DNA of 64,000 nucleotides, from NCBI GenBank assembly GCA_018667335.1, contig JABIVD010000015.1, positions 93,211-157,210 of the forward strand, in the 5' to 3' direction. Made by a program: the position numbers and the translations under genes. Under the pieces are notes generated by a model. It worked only from the letters and a program-made list of their open reading frames with translations. It ran no database searches and was not told where the DNA came from. The DNA comes from Rhodospirillaceae bacterium. GTDB lineage: Bacteria > Pseudomonadota > Alphaproteobacteria > UBA6615. Shown here in pieces: positions 38,928 through 49,569 of this stretch. How positions within the stretch are numbered: the first letter of the stretch is position 1; the number at the start of each line of letters is the position of its first letter.

Positions 38928-39530
38928 ATCAGCGATTCGACCGGTGATATCGATGCGCGCAAAGCAGATGTGCGCGCTTCGGCGCGTGACGCGCGCGACG
39001 CGCTGGCCTCGGGCCTGGGGGCTGCCGCCGCGACCGGGATTGCCGCGCGTTTCATGTCGTCGCCATTGTCGGCACTGGCCGCCGGCACGATTGTCGCCGG
39101 TTACATGCCGATGCGCAGCGAGATCGATCCGCGGTTGTTGATGGATCGTCTGGCCGCCGCCGGGTCTGTGCTGTGCCTGCCCGATGTCGTTGCAGAGGGC
39201 ACGCCGCTCGCGTTTCGCCGCTGGGTACCGGACGATCCACTGGATACCGGGCGCTACGGAATCTCCGTGCCATCGCCGGATGCCGACGAGATGGTGCCTG
39301 ACCTGGTGCTGGTGCCGATGCTGGCCTTCGATCGTCAGGGGCATCGGCTGGGATATGGCGGCGGTTATTATGATCGAACCATCGCCCGGTTGCGTGAGGT
39401 TGGTGATGTGCTCGCGGTCGGGCTTGCCTTTTCAGGTCAAGTCCGCGACGAATTGCCGGTGGAGCCACACGACATGCACCTCGACTGGATTATCACTGAA
39501 TCTGCGGCGCTGCCCGTTTCGGGCCTGTAG
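38928..39530 (+). CDS. ygfA: 5-formyltetrahydrofolate cyclo-ligase (ATC start proposed; first canonical start is GTG at 38970)
   Basis: YMPMRSEIDP, LVPMLAFD..RLGYGGGYYDRT, HD..LDWIITE. Confidence 0.92.
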   Translation: MSDSTGDIDARKADVRASARDARDALASGLGAAAATGIAARFMSSPLSALAAGTIVAGYMPMRSEIDPRLLMDRLAAAGSVLCLPDVVAEGTPLAFRRWVPDDPLDTGRYGISVPSPDADEMVPDLVLVPMLAFDRQGHRLGYGGGYYDRTIARLREVGDVLAVGLAFSGQVRDELPVEPHDMHLDWIITESAALPVSGL

Positions 39531-39539
39531 GAAGATACG

Positions 39540-40382
39540 ATGAAGATTTTGTTTTGCGGAGACCTGGTGGGCCGCGCGGGCCGTGATGTGGCACTGGAGT
39601 ATTTGCCGACCCTGCGCGCCGAGATGGGCCTGGATTTTGTGGTCGTGAATGCCGAAAACGCGGCGCACGGGTTCGGCCTGACACAGAAAATCTGTGAGGA
39701 GCTGTTCGAGGCTGGCGCGGATGCGATCACCACGGGCAACCATGTCTGGGACCAGCGCGAGGTCATTTCGTTCATCGACGCCGATCCACGGGTCCTGCGT
39801 CCGCTGAACTACACGAGCGGAACACCGGGCCGGGGCGCGTCGGTGATCAAGGCGCGTGACGGGCGCTCGGTGCTGGTCGTTAATGTGATGTGCCGCCTGT
39901 TCATGGAATTGCTCGATGACCCGTTTGCGGCTGTGGAGAATGTTTTAAAAAGCCACGCGCTCGGCAAGACGGTCGATGCGGCTCTCTTCGATGTGCATGG
40001 CGAAGCGACGTCCGAGAAGATGGCCCTCGGACATGTCTGCGATGGCCGGGCGAGCCTTGTCGTGGGAACGCACACCCATATCCCCACGGCCGACGCGCAG
40101 GTGCTGCCGGGCGGCACCGCGTACCAGACGGATGCCGGCATGTGTGGTGACTATGATTCGGTCATCGGCATGCTGAAGGAAACCGCAATCGCCAAGTTCC
40201 GGACCAAGATCGTAACCGAGCGCCTGGCGCCGGCGCGTGGACCGGCGAGCCTGTGTGGGGTCTATGTCGAGACTGACGATACGACCGGGCTGGCGGCCCG
40301 GGTTGCGCCGCTGGTTTTGGGTGGGCGGTTGCGGCCCGCTTGGCCGGATTTCCTGCCGCCGCGCGGGATGGCCGCCGAATAG
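39540..40382 (+). CDS. ymdB: YmdB/TIGR00282 metallophosphoesterase
   Basis: GDLVG, NAENAAHG, TTGNH, DVHGEATSEK, GTHTH, TDAGMCG. Confidence 0.92.
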   Translation: MKILFCGDLVGRAGRDVALEYLPTLRAEMGLDFVVVNAENAAHGFGLTQKICEELFEAGADAITTGNHVWDQREVISFIDADPRVLRPLNYTSGTPGRGASVIKARDGRSVLVVNVMCRLFMELLDDPFAAVENVLKSHALGKTVDAALFDVHGEATSEKMALGHVCDGRASLVVGTHTHIPTADAQVLPGGTAYQTDAGMCGDYDSVIGMLKETAIAKFRTKIVTERLAPARGPASLCGVYVETDDTTGLAARVAPLVLGGRLRPAWPDFLPPRGMAAE

Positions 40383-40557
40383 CAGTCGGGGAACAGGGCA
40401 TCGGGGCGGAAAACAGGGCTTCTCGACGCGGGCGACAATCCGGTAAACCGGGACATTGAATATGCAGTGATACGGACGAACGCCATCGAGGCGCGTTGGT
40501 CGGCGTATTGGGCTGCTTTTATGAACTAGGTTTTGCAGACATTCGGAGTGCTCGGGC

Positions 40558-41304
40558 ATGGCAGGCCATTCCCAATTTAAGAACATCATGCACCGCAAGG
40601 GTGCGCAGGATGCCAAGCGGGCGAAGGCGTTCGCGAAGCTGGCACGCGAGATCGAGGTTGCGGCACGCAGTAGCCCGGACCCGGATCAGAACCCGCGTCT
40701 GCGTACCGCGATCGTGGCGGCGCGTGGCGCCAACATGCCGAACGACCGCATCAAGCGCGCCGTCGACAAGGCGACCGGTGGCGGTGACGCCGACAATTAC
40801 GAAGAGATCCGCTACGAGGGCTACGGCCCGGGCGGGGTCGCGGTGATCGTCGAGGCGCTGACCGATAACCGCAACCGGACGGCGTCGGAAGTCCGGTCTG
40901 CGTTCGCGAAGCATGGCGGCAATCTTGGCGAGACCAACAGCGTGGCGTTCATGTTCGATCAGATTGGACAGGTCGTTTACGCGGCCGACGTGGCCAACGC
41001 CGATGATATGTTTGAGGCTGCGCTGGAAGCCGGCGCGGCAGATGTGGCCAGCGGCGACAATGGGCATGACATCACCTGCGCACCGGATGATTTCGGCCAG
41101 GTGGTCGAGGCCCTTGATGGCCGTTTCGGCGCACCGGAATCGGCCAGCCTGACATGGAAGCCGCAGACTTCGGTCGACCTGAACGCGGATTCGGCGCGCA
41201 CACTCCTGAAGCTTATCGACACCCTCGATGACAGTGACGATGTGCAGCGGGTCTCCGCCAACTTCGAAGTCAGCGACGATGTCATGGCGGAACTCACGGT
41301 CTGA
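40558..41304 (+). CDS. yebC: YebC/PmpR family protein
   Basis: [29 protein letters not shown]. Confidence 0.95.
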   Translation: MAGHSQFKNIMHRKGAQDAKRAKAFAKLAREIEVAARSSPDPDQNPRLRTAIVAARGANMPNDRIKRAVDKATGGGDADNYEEIRYEGYGPGGVAVIVEALTDNRNRTASEVRSAFAKHGGNLGETNSVAFMFDQIGQVVYAADVANADDMFEAALEAGAADVASGDNGHDITCAPDDFGQVVEALDGRFGAPESASLTWKPQTSVDLNADSARTLLKLIDTLDDSDDVQRVSANFEVSDDVMAELTV

Positions 41305-41340
41305 TATGCGCGACGGACCGACCGGCACCGGGGATTGAGC

Positions 41341-41832
41341 ATGCGGCTGTTGGGCGTTGATCCGGGTCTGCGTTTCACCGGTTGGGGTGTCGTTGATATG
41401 GACGGAAACCGTTTGCGCCATGTCGCCAACGGGGTCGTGAAATCGGGCAGCGGTGAGCTCGCGCAGCGGCTCGTGCGGCTGCATCATGGGCTTCAAGACG
41501 TCATCTCCGAACACCAGCCCGACAGTGCGGCGGTCGAGGAAACATTCGTCAACAGAGACGGCCAGGCGACATTGAAGCTGGGTCAGGCGCGCGGCATCGC
41601 GCTGTTGGTGCCTGCACTGGCGGGTATCCCGGTGGCCGAGTATGCCGCCAACAGTGTCAAGAAATCAGTGGTTGGCTACGGCCACGCGGACAAAAATCAG
41701 ATCGGCCACATGATCGGGGTGCTCCTGCCGGGGGCGCTTGTGGAATCCCCTGATGCCGCCGATGCGCTCGCGATTGCCATCTGCCATGCGCATCATATGG
41801 GCGCGCAGGCGATTTATGAGGCCGCCCAATGA
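41341..41832 (+). CDS. ruvC: Holliday junction resolvase
   Basis: [32 protein letters not shown]. Confidence 0.95.
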   Translation: MRLLGVDPGLRFTGWGVVDMDGNRLRHVANGVVKSGSGELAQRLVRLHHGLQDVISEHQPDSAAVEETFVNRDGQATLKLGQARGIALLVPALAGIPVAEYAANSVKKSVVGYGHADKNQIGHMIGVLLPGALVESPDAADALAIAICHAHHMGAQAIYEAAQ

Positions 41833-42464
41833 TCGCGCGCCTGAAGGGCATCCTGGATGAGGTTGGCCTCGATTGGATTGTCATCGATGTGGCCGGGGTC
41901 GGATACCAGGTGTTCTGCCCGGCGCGGGTGATCACCGCGCTGCCCGCGGTCGGAGAGCCGCTGTCGCTTCACATCGAGACCCATGTGCGCGAGGACCACA
42001 TCCATCTGTTCGGCTTCGCCAGTGCGCGCGAACGCGAATGCTTCCGGATGCTAACCACCGTCCAGGGGGTGGGCGCCAAGGTTGGCCTCGGAATCCTGGG
42101 TACGCTGTCCGTCGATGATCTGACGACCGCGATCGTAGCGGAGGACAAGGCGCTGCTGACGCGGGCCGACGGGGTCGGGCCCCGCCTGGCGGCACGCCTG
42201 ATGACGGAGTTGAAAGACAAGATCCTGTCGCTGAACGGTGAATTCGCACCGTCTGTCGCCGCGTCCGCCGCGAATGCAGGAGCCGGCGGCCCGACGGATG
42301 GCGCCGGGGACACTGTGTCGGCGGACGCCGTCTCGGCGCTGGTCAATCTCGGCTACGGTCGTGCCGAGGCGTTCAGTGCGGTCAATCGTGCGGCCCAGGC
42401 GCAGGGTGACGCGTCCGATCTGGATCTGCTCATCCCGGCGGCACTCAAGGAATTGAGCCAGTGA
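41829..42464 (+). CDS. ruvA: Holliday junction branch migration protein RuvA
   Basis: GVGY, HVRED, VQGVGAK, ALVNLGY. Confidence 0.95.
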   Translation: MIARLKGILDEVGLDWIVIDVAGVGYQVFCPARVITALPAVGEPLSLHIETHVREDHIHLFGFASARERECFRMLTTVQGVGAKVGLGILGTLSVDDLTTAIVAEDKALLTRADGVGPRLAARLMTELKDKILSLNGEFAPSVAASAANAGAGGPTDGAGDTVSADAVSALVNLGYGRAEAFSAVNRAAQAQGDASDLDLLIPAALKELSQ

Positions 42465-43570
42465 GTGACGGCGCCGAAGCCTCTCCCGCGGACCGGTTGG
42501 TTGATCCGGTGGCTCGTGAAGATGACCGGGTCGATACGGCACTGCGCCCGGAGGAACTCGACGGGTTCATCGGCCAGCCTGCCGTGCGTCAGAATTTGGC
42601 GGTTTTCATTGCCGCCGCGCGGCAGCGCGGCGAGGCCATTGATCATGTGCTGTTTCACGGACCGCCGGGCCTGGGCAAGACCACCCTGGCGCGGATTGTG
42701 TCCCAGGAGCTGGGGGTCGGGTTTCGCGCAACATCGGGCCCGGTCATCACCAAGGCCGGTGACCTGGCGGCGGTTCTGACGAATCTGCAGCCGCGGGACG
42801 TGTTGTTTATCGATGAGATTCACCGGCTCAACCCCGCGGTCGAGGAAGTGCTGTATCCGGCGATGGAGGATGGTGAGCTCGACCTGATTATCGGTGAGGG
42901 GCCGGCGGCCCGCTCGGTGCGAATCGAGCTGCCGCCATTCACGCTGGTCGGGGCCACCACGCGGCTGGGCCTGCTGACCACGCCGCTGCGCGAGCGGTTT
43001 GGCATCAACCTGCGCCTCGAATTTTATTCGCCGGAAGACCTGACGACGATCGTGCGCCGCGGTGCCGCGTTGCTCGAACTCGACATGAGTGAGGACGGCG
43101 CCACGGAGGTCGCCCGTCGCGCCCGCGGCACGCCGCGCATCGCCGGGCGTTTGCTGCGTCGGGTGCGTGATTTCGCGCTCGTGGAGGACAGTCTGCCGGT
43201 TGACCGCAAGGTGGCCGATCACGCGCTGTCGCGGCTCGACGTCGACGACCGGGGTCTCGACACGATGGACCGACGCTATCTGCGGCACATCGCCGAGGTG
43301 CATTTTGGTGGTCCGGTCGGCATCGACACCCTCGCCGCCGCTCTCTCGGAAGAACGCGATACGCTCGAGGATGTCGTTGAGCCCTATCTGATCCAGCAGG
43401 GCTTCATCCAGCGCACGCCGCGGGGTCGGATGTTGACGCCCCGCGCCTACGGACATCTGGGGCTGGATGCTCCTACGGGCGCCCAGCAAGACCTTTTATC
43501 CGGCCATACGGTCGCCACAAATGACCCACAAAATCCAAACTCGGACGAATCTGGTGCAGACGGATCGTGA
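42461..43570 (+). CDS. ruvB: Holliday junction helicase RuvB
   Basis: [34 protein letters not shown]. Confidence 0.96.
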   Translation: MSDGAEASPADRLVDPVAREDDRVDTALRPEELDGFIGQPAVRQNLAVFIAAARQRGEAIDHVLFHGPPGLGKTTLARIVSQELGVGFRATSGPVITKAGDLAAVLTNLQPRDVLFIDEIHRLNPAVEEVLYPAMEDGELDLIIGEGPAARSVRIELPPFTLVGATTRLGLLTTPLRERFGINLRLEFYSPEDLTTIVRRGAALLELDMSEDGATEVARRARGTPRIAGRLLRRVRDFALVEDSLPVDRKVADHALSRLDVDDRGLDTMDRRYLRHIAEVHFGGPVGIDTLAAALSEERDTLEDVVEPYLIQQGFIQRTPRGRMLTPRAYGHLGLDAPTGAQQDLLSGHTVATNDPQNPNSDESGADGS

Positions 43571-43574
43571 CGCC

Positions 43575-44063
43575 ATGAGTGCGCATGCGGCGAAGAACGC
43601 GAATGTATCCGGATGGTTTGATGGCGTCCGACATGTTTATCCGGTGCGCGTCTATTACGAGGATACGGATGCAGCCGGCATTGTTTATCACGCCAACTAC
43701 CTCCGATTTGCGGAGCGGGCGCGGACGGAGATGATGAGATGTCTGGGGACCGAACACCGGTCGTTGATGCAGAGCGATGGCGTCGCCTTCGCAGTGCGCA
43801 GTGTCGACACGGAATTCTTTCTGCCCGCGCGACTGGACGAGCCGCTGTTGGTCGAAACCCGCGTCGACGCGGTTGGTGGTGCCAGCATGCGACTGACTCA
43901 AACTGTCATGCGTCCTGCGGACGCGGCGGATGGAGCAACGGAAATTGGGGAAGTGCTGGTGCAGATGCGGGTCCGGTTGGCCTGCATCGATGCGGGCTTG
44001 CGCCCGGCGCGGTTGCCGGGGGCGGTGCGCGCCGCGCTGACAGAACTTCTGAAGAATCAGTGA
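43575..44063 (+). CDS. ybgC: Tol-pal-associated acyl-CoA thioesterase
   Basis: RVYYEDTDAAGIVYHANYLRFAERARTE. Confidence 0.92.
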   Translation: MSAHAAKNANVSGWFDGVRHVYPVRVYYEDTDAAGIVYHANYLRFAERARTEMMRCLGTEHRSLMQSDGVAFAVRSVDTEFFLPARLDEPLLVETRVDAVGGASMRLTQTVMRPADAADGATEIGEVLVQMRVRLACIDAGLRPARLPGAVRAALTELLKNQ

Positions 44064-44125
44064 GCACCGTGCCGGCCTGGGCGCGGTCTCAAACGACAAA
44101 ACAATAACGAGAGGCTTTTCGTTCG

Positions 44126-44857
44126 ATGGAATCCAATATTGTTGAAACGATCGCGGTGACCGGGGGCGTCGGGATTGCAGATTTTTCGGTCTATGGGCTG
44201 TTCCTTAGATCTGACCTCGTCATCAAGTTCGTCATGATTATCCTGTTCGTGGCTTCGTTCTGGTCGTGGACGATCATCGTCGACAAATGGCTCAAGATCC
44301 GCCGGCTGTCGTCGGATGCGGCGCGGTTCGAGGAGAATTTCTGGTCCGGCGGTTCGCTGGAAGAGCTCTATGAGCGGCTCGGCAACAAGCCCTCAGATCC
44401 GATGGCGGCCGTGTTTGCCGCGGCCATGTCCGAATGGCGACGAAGTTCGTCGCGTGGGCTGGCGGCAACCGATGCGTTGCGGGCCAATCTGCAGGAACGG
44501 ATCGAGCGGGTAATGGAAGTGTCTGTGACCCGCGAGATGGAACGCATCGAACGCTACATGGTGTTCTTGGCATCGGCCGGAGCGACGGCCCCCTTCATCG
44601 GCCTGTTTGGCACCGTGTGGGGCATCATGAACAGTTTTCAGGCGATCGCCGTGGCAAAGGATACCAATCTCGCCGTGGTCGCACCGGGCCTCGCGGAAGC
44701 CTTGTTCACCACGGCTATGGGGCTGATCGTCGCGATTCCTTCGGTCGCCGCCTACAACAAATTCAGCACCGACATGGCCCGTTATTCGCTGCGGCTCGAG
44801 GGGTTTGCTGCTGAGTTCAGCGCCATCCTGTCGCGTCAGCTCGAGGAGTCGAAGTAG
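44126..44857 (+). CDS. tolQ: TolQ
   Basis: PFIGLFGTVWGIMNSF, VAPGLAEAL. Confidence 0.94.
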   Translation: MESNIVETIAVTGGVGIADFSVYGLFLRSDLVIKFVMIILFVASFWSWTIIVDKWLKIRRLSSDAARFEENFWSGGSLEELYERLGNKPSDPMAAVFAAAMSEWRRSSSRGLAATDALRANLQERIERVMEVSVTREMERIERYMVFLASAGATAPFIGLFGTVWGIMNSFQAIAVAKDTNLAVVAPGLAEALFTTAMGLIVAIPSVAAYNKFSTDMARYSLRLEGFAAEFSAILSRQLEESK

Positions 44858-44860
44858 GCC

Positions 44861-45307
44861 ATGGCGCTCAGCTCAGAAAGCATGCGGCTGCGCCGCCGTT
44901 TGCGCGGCGGGCCGATGACCGAAATCAACGTCGCGCCGTTCGTCGACGTGATGCTCGTACTGGTCGTCATCTTCATGATCGCGGCGCCGCTGTTGACGGT
45001 TGGCGTCCCGGTGGATTTGCCGAAGGCCGCGGTGAATCCCCTCAACGAGGACAAGGAACCGCTGATCATCACTTTGGATGCGGAGGGGCGTGTCTATCTG
45101 CAGGAATCGGAAATCGACGAAAACGTCCTCATTCCCCGCCTGGTGGCCGTCTCCGAGGCGAACCCGGATTTGCGTGTCTTCGTGCGAGGTGACCGCGCGA
45201 TCAATTATGGCCGCGTGATGGAGGTGATGGGGATGGTCTCGGAAGCGGGCTTCGCGAAGGTCGCTTTGATCGCCGAAGTTCCGATCCCGAAAACCCCGGA
45301 CCAATAG
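44861..45307 (+). CDS. tolR: TolR
   Basis: EINVAPFVDVMLVL..MIAAPL, VRGD..YGRVM. Confidence 0.94.
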   Translation: MALSSESMRLRRRLRGGPMTEINVAPFVDVMLVLVVIFMIAAPLLTVGVPVDLPKAAVNPLNEDKEPLIITLDAEGRVYLQESEIDENVLIPRLVAVSEANPDLRVFVRGDRAINYGRVMEVMGMVSEAGFAKVALIAEVPIPKTPDQ

Positions 45308-45328
45308 CGGAGCGGTTGGCGATCGATC

Positions 45329-46216
45329 ATGCGGGTGAACTGGGCACATTTCAAAACGGGTGGCGCGCTGTCGGCGGTGGGCCATGTGTCCATCATCGTC
45401 GTTGCCCAGTTTGGTTTGCCGTTTCTGTTTACGTCGCCCGAAGTGACCGCAACCATCATCCCGGTCGAGGTTGTAAGCATCGACGATGTGACGCGCCCGC
45501 CGGCCGCGGCGACGCCCGAACCGGATCCCGAACCGACCCGAACTGCATCGCCTCAGCCGCCACCGAAACCGCCGCAGCCCGTCCCCGAACCGCCGAAACG
45601 AGTGCAGCCCGAGAAGATCGCGGCACTTCCCGAACCGGCGCCGCCGGTGATCAAGCCGGCGCCGCCAAAGGAAAAGGCACCCGAGCCCAAGCCGGAGCCG
45701 GCCCCGCCGGTGGCCAAGGTCCAGCCGAAGGCCAAGCCGAAACCGCCGGCGCCATCGCGGAGCTTCGACAATATCCTCAAGGACCTCGCGGCCGACGAAA
45801 AACCAGTAAAGACGGTGGAGCGCGCGCGTCAGCCGGAGACGGTACGCGACAAGGGCAAAGAGGCCCCGCAGCAATCGCAGATCGCCGAGCGCGCGACCAT
45901 TGCCGAGCTCGATTTGTTGCGCCAGCTGATCCGGCGACAGGTCGGACAATGCTGGAACCCGCCGGTCGGTGCACAGAATGCGGAGGATCTTATTGTCACG
46001 GTTCTCATTCGGCTCGATCCCCAGGGCGTGGTGCGGGAGGCCACGGTGGTTGATGCGCCGCTGATGGGGCTCGACCGCTATTTTCAGGCGGCCGCCGAAG
46101 CCGCACGGCGCGCGGTGCTGAACGCCAAGTGCCAGCCCTTCGAGTTGCCGGCCGACAAATACGAAATCTGGAAAGAAATTCGCTTCAACTTCGACCCAAG
46201 CAAAATGCTGAGCTAG
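45329..46216 (+). CDS. tolA: TolA-like protein
   Basis: TM segment with SxxxH, Pro/Lys/Glu-rich linker, CWNPP and FNFDP C-domain, located between tolR and tolB. Confidence 0.85.
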   Translation: MRVNWAHFKTGGALSAVGHVSIIVVAQFGLPFLFTSPEVTATIIPVEVVSIDDVTRPPAAATPEPDPEPTRTASPQPPPKPPQPVPEPPKRVQPEKIAALPEPAPPVIKPAPPKEKAPEPKPEPAPPVAKVQPKAKPKPPAPSRSFDNILKDLAADEKPVKTVERARQPETVRDKGKEAPQQSQIAERATIAELDLLRQLIRRQVGQCWNPPVGAQNAEDLIVTVLIRLDPQGVVREATVVDAPLMGLDRYFQAAAEAARRAVLNAKCQPFELPADKYEIWKEIRFNFDPSKMLS

Positions 46217-46219
46217 CTG

Positions 46220-47572
46220 ATGATGATGACCGCCCCCTCTGTCCGCACGTTCTTCGCGGTCCTCGCCACCCTGATGCTTTCGGCACTGCTGACCCTTCCG
46301 GCGCGGGCCGAGCTGACGGTGGATGTCACGCAAGGCAATATCGAGCCGTTGCCGATTGCTGTGCCGAACTTTATTGCGGCGGATGATGTGGCGCGCCGGT
46401 TCAGTATCGATATCGCCGACGTCATCTCGAACAATCTCGAGCGTTCGGGGTTGTTCCGGCCCATCGACAAGCAGGCATTCATTTCGCAACCGCAGAGCTT
46501 GGGCGTGAATCCCCGCTTTGCCAACTGGAAGCCGCTGAACGCCCAGGCGCTCGTGGTTGGCGAGGTCAATATCGAGCCGAATGGCGCTCTGCGGGCCTCG
46601 TTTCGGCTCTGGGATGTGTTTGCGGAAAACCAGATGACCGGGCTGAGCCTGACCACCACCCAGGCGAACTGGCGCCGTGTGGCGCATATCATCTCCGACA
46701 CGATCTATGAGCGGATCACGGGCGAGGCCGGCTACTTCGACACGCGCATCGTCTATATCGCGGAGAACGGTCCGTCCGACCGACGGGTGAAGCGGCTGTC
46801 GATCATGGATCAGGACGGCGCCAATCATCGCTTCCTGACCGACGGCAAAAATCTCGTCCTGACACCGCGCTTCTCGCCGACCCAGCAGGAAATCACCTAT
46901 CTCGCTTATTTCAATGATCAGCCGCGGGTCTATCTGTTCAATATCGATACTGGCGAGCAGGAATTGCTGGGCGACTTTCCGGGCATGACGTTTGCGCCGC
47001 GATTCTCTCCCGACGGCAACAACGTGATCATGAGTTTCGCCCAGAGTGGAAACTCCGATATCCATGTTATGGATTTGCGCACCCGGCGCGTGCGTCGGTT
47101 GACCGACAATCCGGCGATCGACACTGGACCTTCCTATGCACCGGACGGGCGCAAGATCGTATTTGAATCCGACCGCGGCGGCAGCCAGCAGCTTTACGTC
47201 ATGAATTCCGACGGCGGCGGGCAGCAACGAATCAGCTTCGGCGATGGCCGCTACGGCACGCCGGTCTGGTCACCGCGCGGCGATCTCATCGCCTTCACCA
47301 AGATTTTCCGGGGTACATTTCACATCGGGGTGATGCGGCCCGACGGCAGCGGTGAGCGGCTGTTGACCCGGGGATTCCTGGTCGAGGGGCCGACCTGGGC
47401 GCCGAACGGCCGGGTTCTCATGTTCTTTCGCCAGGAAAAGAGCGATGCGCAGGGCCTTGGCGGCACGCCTCGGCTATTTTCCATCGACCTGACGGGTTTC
47501 AACGAACGCGAACTGGGGACCCCGGTGGGCGGTTCGGACCCGGCATGGTCTCCGGGGCCTCTCCGCCAATAG
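46220..47572 (+). CDS. tolB: TolB beta-propeller protein
   Basis: Signal peptide, GYFDTRI, repeated P.(F/W)SPDG motifs. Confidence 0.95.
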   Translation: MMMTAPSVRTFFAVLATLMLSALLTLPARAELTVDVTQGNIEPLPIAVPNFIAADDVARRFSIDIADVISNNLERSGLFRPIDKQAFISQPQSLGVNPRFANWKPLNAQALVVGEVNIEPNGALRASFRLWDVFAENQMTGLSLTTTQANWRRVAHIISDTIYERITGEAGYFDTRIVYIAENGPSDRRVKRLSIMDQDGANHRFLTDGKNLVLTPRFSPTQQEITYLAYFNDQPRVYLFNIDTGEQELLGDFPGMTFAPRFSPDGNNVIMSFAQSGNSDIHVMDLRTRRVRRLTDNPAIDTGPSYAPDGRKIVFESDRGGSQQLYVMNSDGGGQQRISFGDGRYGTPVWSPRGDLIAFTKIFRGTFHIGVMRPDGSGERLLTRGFLVEGPTWAPNGRVLMFFRQEKSDAQGLGGTPRLFSIDLTGFNERELGTPVGGSDPAWSPGPLRQ

Positions 47573-47820
47573 TCTCAGAACCGCGAAAGTGACTGAAAAT
47601 ACTTGTCAATTTGCGTGAATATCCCCGCGCATAAGCTTGATTCCCAAAAAACAGCGACGTATAGTTCCGACGTCTGCGGACAGGGTTTCATTTGATCTGT
47701 CGGCGGTTGCGCAACAATTCGGCACCGTTCGGTGTGACGCACGATAACAAGTTGTTCCGTTTATCGGAATTCTGCCTTATGCGGCTTGGAATCGTGATTA
47801 TTCGGCTTAAGGAGCCACCC

Positions 47821-48333
47821 ATGCGATTAAATATTCCCGGCCTGGTGGTAGCGGCCTTCGTACTCGCCGCCTGTTCCTCTACGGGCGACGACAGCGCCAA
47901 TACTGGCAGCAGCGGCGCATCCAGTTCTGGCGGCGGCAACCAAACGGCCACCGCGCCGACTGGTCCCAAGCCCGGTTCCCAGACTGATCTCGAGATCAAT
48001 GTTGGCGACCGTGTCTTCTTCGCCTTCGACAAGTCGAATCTGACGGCCGACGCTCGCACTTCAGTTGAGCGCTGGGCGGCCTGGATGAAGACCTATCCCG
48101 CCAACAAGGTGGTTATTCAGGGTAACACGGACGAACGCGGCACACGCGAATACAACCTCGCGCTCGGTGAGCGTCGTGCAGATTCGGCACGCGACTATTT
48201 GGTCTCCCTCGGCGTTGACCCGAACCGGGTGAAGATCGTCAGCTTCGGCAAAGAACGCCCTGCCGTTCCGGGTTCGAACGAGAGTGCTTGGGCGCAGAAC
48301 CGCCGTGCGGTCGTGGTGATCAGCACCAACTAG
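47821..48333 (+). CDS. pal: Peptidoglycan-associated lipoprotein
   Basis: LAAC lipobox, DERGTREYNLALGERRA, NRRA, with AAGGAG SD. Confidence 0.95.
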   Translation: MRLNIPGLVVAAFVLAACSSTGDDSANTGSSGASSSGGGNQTATAPTGPKPGSQTDLEINVGDRVFFAFDKSNLTADARTSVERWAAWMKTYPANKVVIQGNTDERGTREYNLALGERRADSARDYLVSLGVDPNRVKIVSFGKERPAVPGSNESAWAQNRRAVVVISTN

Positions 48334-48360
48334 CGTTCGACTATCTATTTCATGACGATG

Positions 48361-48408
48361 CGCCCCGGGATATCCGGGGCGTTTTCGTTTGCGGGGGCGT
48401 TTTCGTTT
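48361..48408 (+). terminator. pal terminator with duplicated 3' arm
   Basis: CGCCCCGG-GATAT-CCGGGGCG-TTTT. GGGGCGTTTTCGTTT occurs at 48376 and 48394. Confidence 0.8.
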
Positions 48409-48549
48409 ACCTCTGTGTTTATGTATGAATGAGCGTCATGCCATAGTTTCGCCGAAATGCGTGGCGATTCTGGCATCTCCAATATGAGCCGGCGATCCGA
48501 TGGATCGCTGAGAATTATCCACCAGTAATCATCAACGGACTGCGTTGTC

Positions 48550-49569
48550 ATGTTGAAGCTATTTCGGATTTTTGTGCCCACCGGCCTGTCGCTGTTCCTC
48601 CTGTTGTCGAGTGGGGCTGCGCTGGCCCAGTCGAATGATGTGCGTGGCCTCGCCGATACGGTCTCGCGGCTGGAGCGGCAGTTGCAAGCCTTGGAGCGCA
48701 GCGTGTATCGCGGTGCGCCACCGCCTGCGGCGGCATCCGAAACATCGGCACCTGGTGCATCACCTTCGGCTGTTCCATCCGGATCGGCCCTGTCCAACCT
48801 TCAGGCCACCACTGACGGTCTCGAAGAGCAGTTGCGTCGTCTCACGGGACAGATCGAGCAGCTCGATTTTCAGGTTCGGCAAGTGAACCAGCGGATGGAC
48901 CGGCTGGTGTCAGACGTCGATTTCCGACTTCAGGCCCTCGAGCAGGGTTCCGGGGCGACGACGCTCGGGTCGACCCAGCCCATCGCGCCGACCGTGCCGC
49001 GTGCGCCCGGTGCGGTAACAGTTGAACCCGCGGGCGGCGCCGGTGCACCCCGGGTGTTCGGCACCCTGACGGAAACGCAGCTGCGGGCCGCCGGGGTGAA
49101 CACCGCGCCGGTTGATCAACAGACCGCCAGCGCCGGTCCGGCCTCCCAAACGTCCGCTTCGTCGCCAGCCGTGTTGCCGGCGGGAAGCCCCCGTGATCAG
49201 TACGACTTCGCCTACAAGTTCCTGCTGCAGCGCGATTTCGAAAGCGCGGAGACGGCACTGGGGGCCTTCGTGACCGCGAATCCTGAAGATTCTCTGGCCG
49301 GGAATGCCCAGTACTGGCTGGGCGAGACCTTCTACGTGCGCGGCGACTACCCGACGGCCGCCCGTGCCTTCGCTGAAGGTTTTCAGCGCTATCCCGACAG
49401 CGCCAAGGCACCAGACAATCTTTTGAAACTCGGTATGTCCCTGGCACAGCTCGAACAGAACGCGGATGCCTGCATCACCCTGAAGAAGCTACGGATCGAG
49501 TATCCCGACGCACCAACCAGCATTGTTCAGCGTGCCGATCGGGAGATCGGCCGGCTGCAGTGCCCCTAA
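48550..49569 (+). CDS. cpoB: CpoB (YbgF)
   Basis: Signal peptide, coiled coil, TPR NAQYWLGE..KAPDNLLKLG. Confidence 0.92.
   Translation: MLKLFRIFVPTGLSLFLLLSSGAALAQSNDVRGLADTVSRLERQLQALERSVYRGAPPPAAASETSAPGASPSAVPSGSALSNLQATTDGLEEQLRRLTGQIEQLDFQVRQVNQRMDRLVSDVDFRLQALEQGSGATTLGSTQPIAPTVPRAPGAVTVEPAGGAGAPRVFGTLTETQLRAAGVNTAPVDQQTASAGPASQTSASSPAVLPAGSPRDQYDFAYKFLLQRDFESAETALGAFVTANPEDSLAGNAQYWLGETFYVRGDYPTAARAFAEGFQRYPDSAKAPDNLLKLGMSLAQLEQNADACITLKKLRIEYPDAPTSIVQRADREIGRLQCP

Noticed and set aside
44873-47227. 784-aa antisense ORF over tolR-tolA-tolB (likewise 7631-9190, 54191-55732, 60943-62565)
   Set aside because: Shadow frames of GC-rich genes, with no recognisable motifs and complete overlap with well-supported genes.
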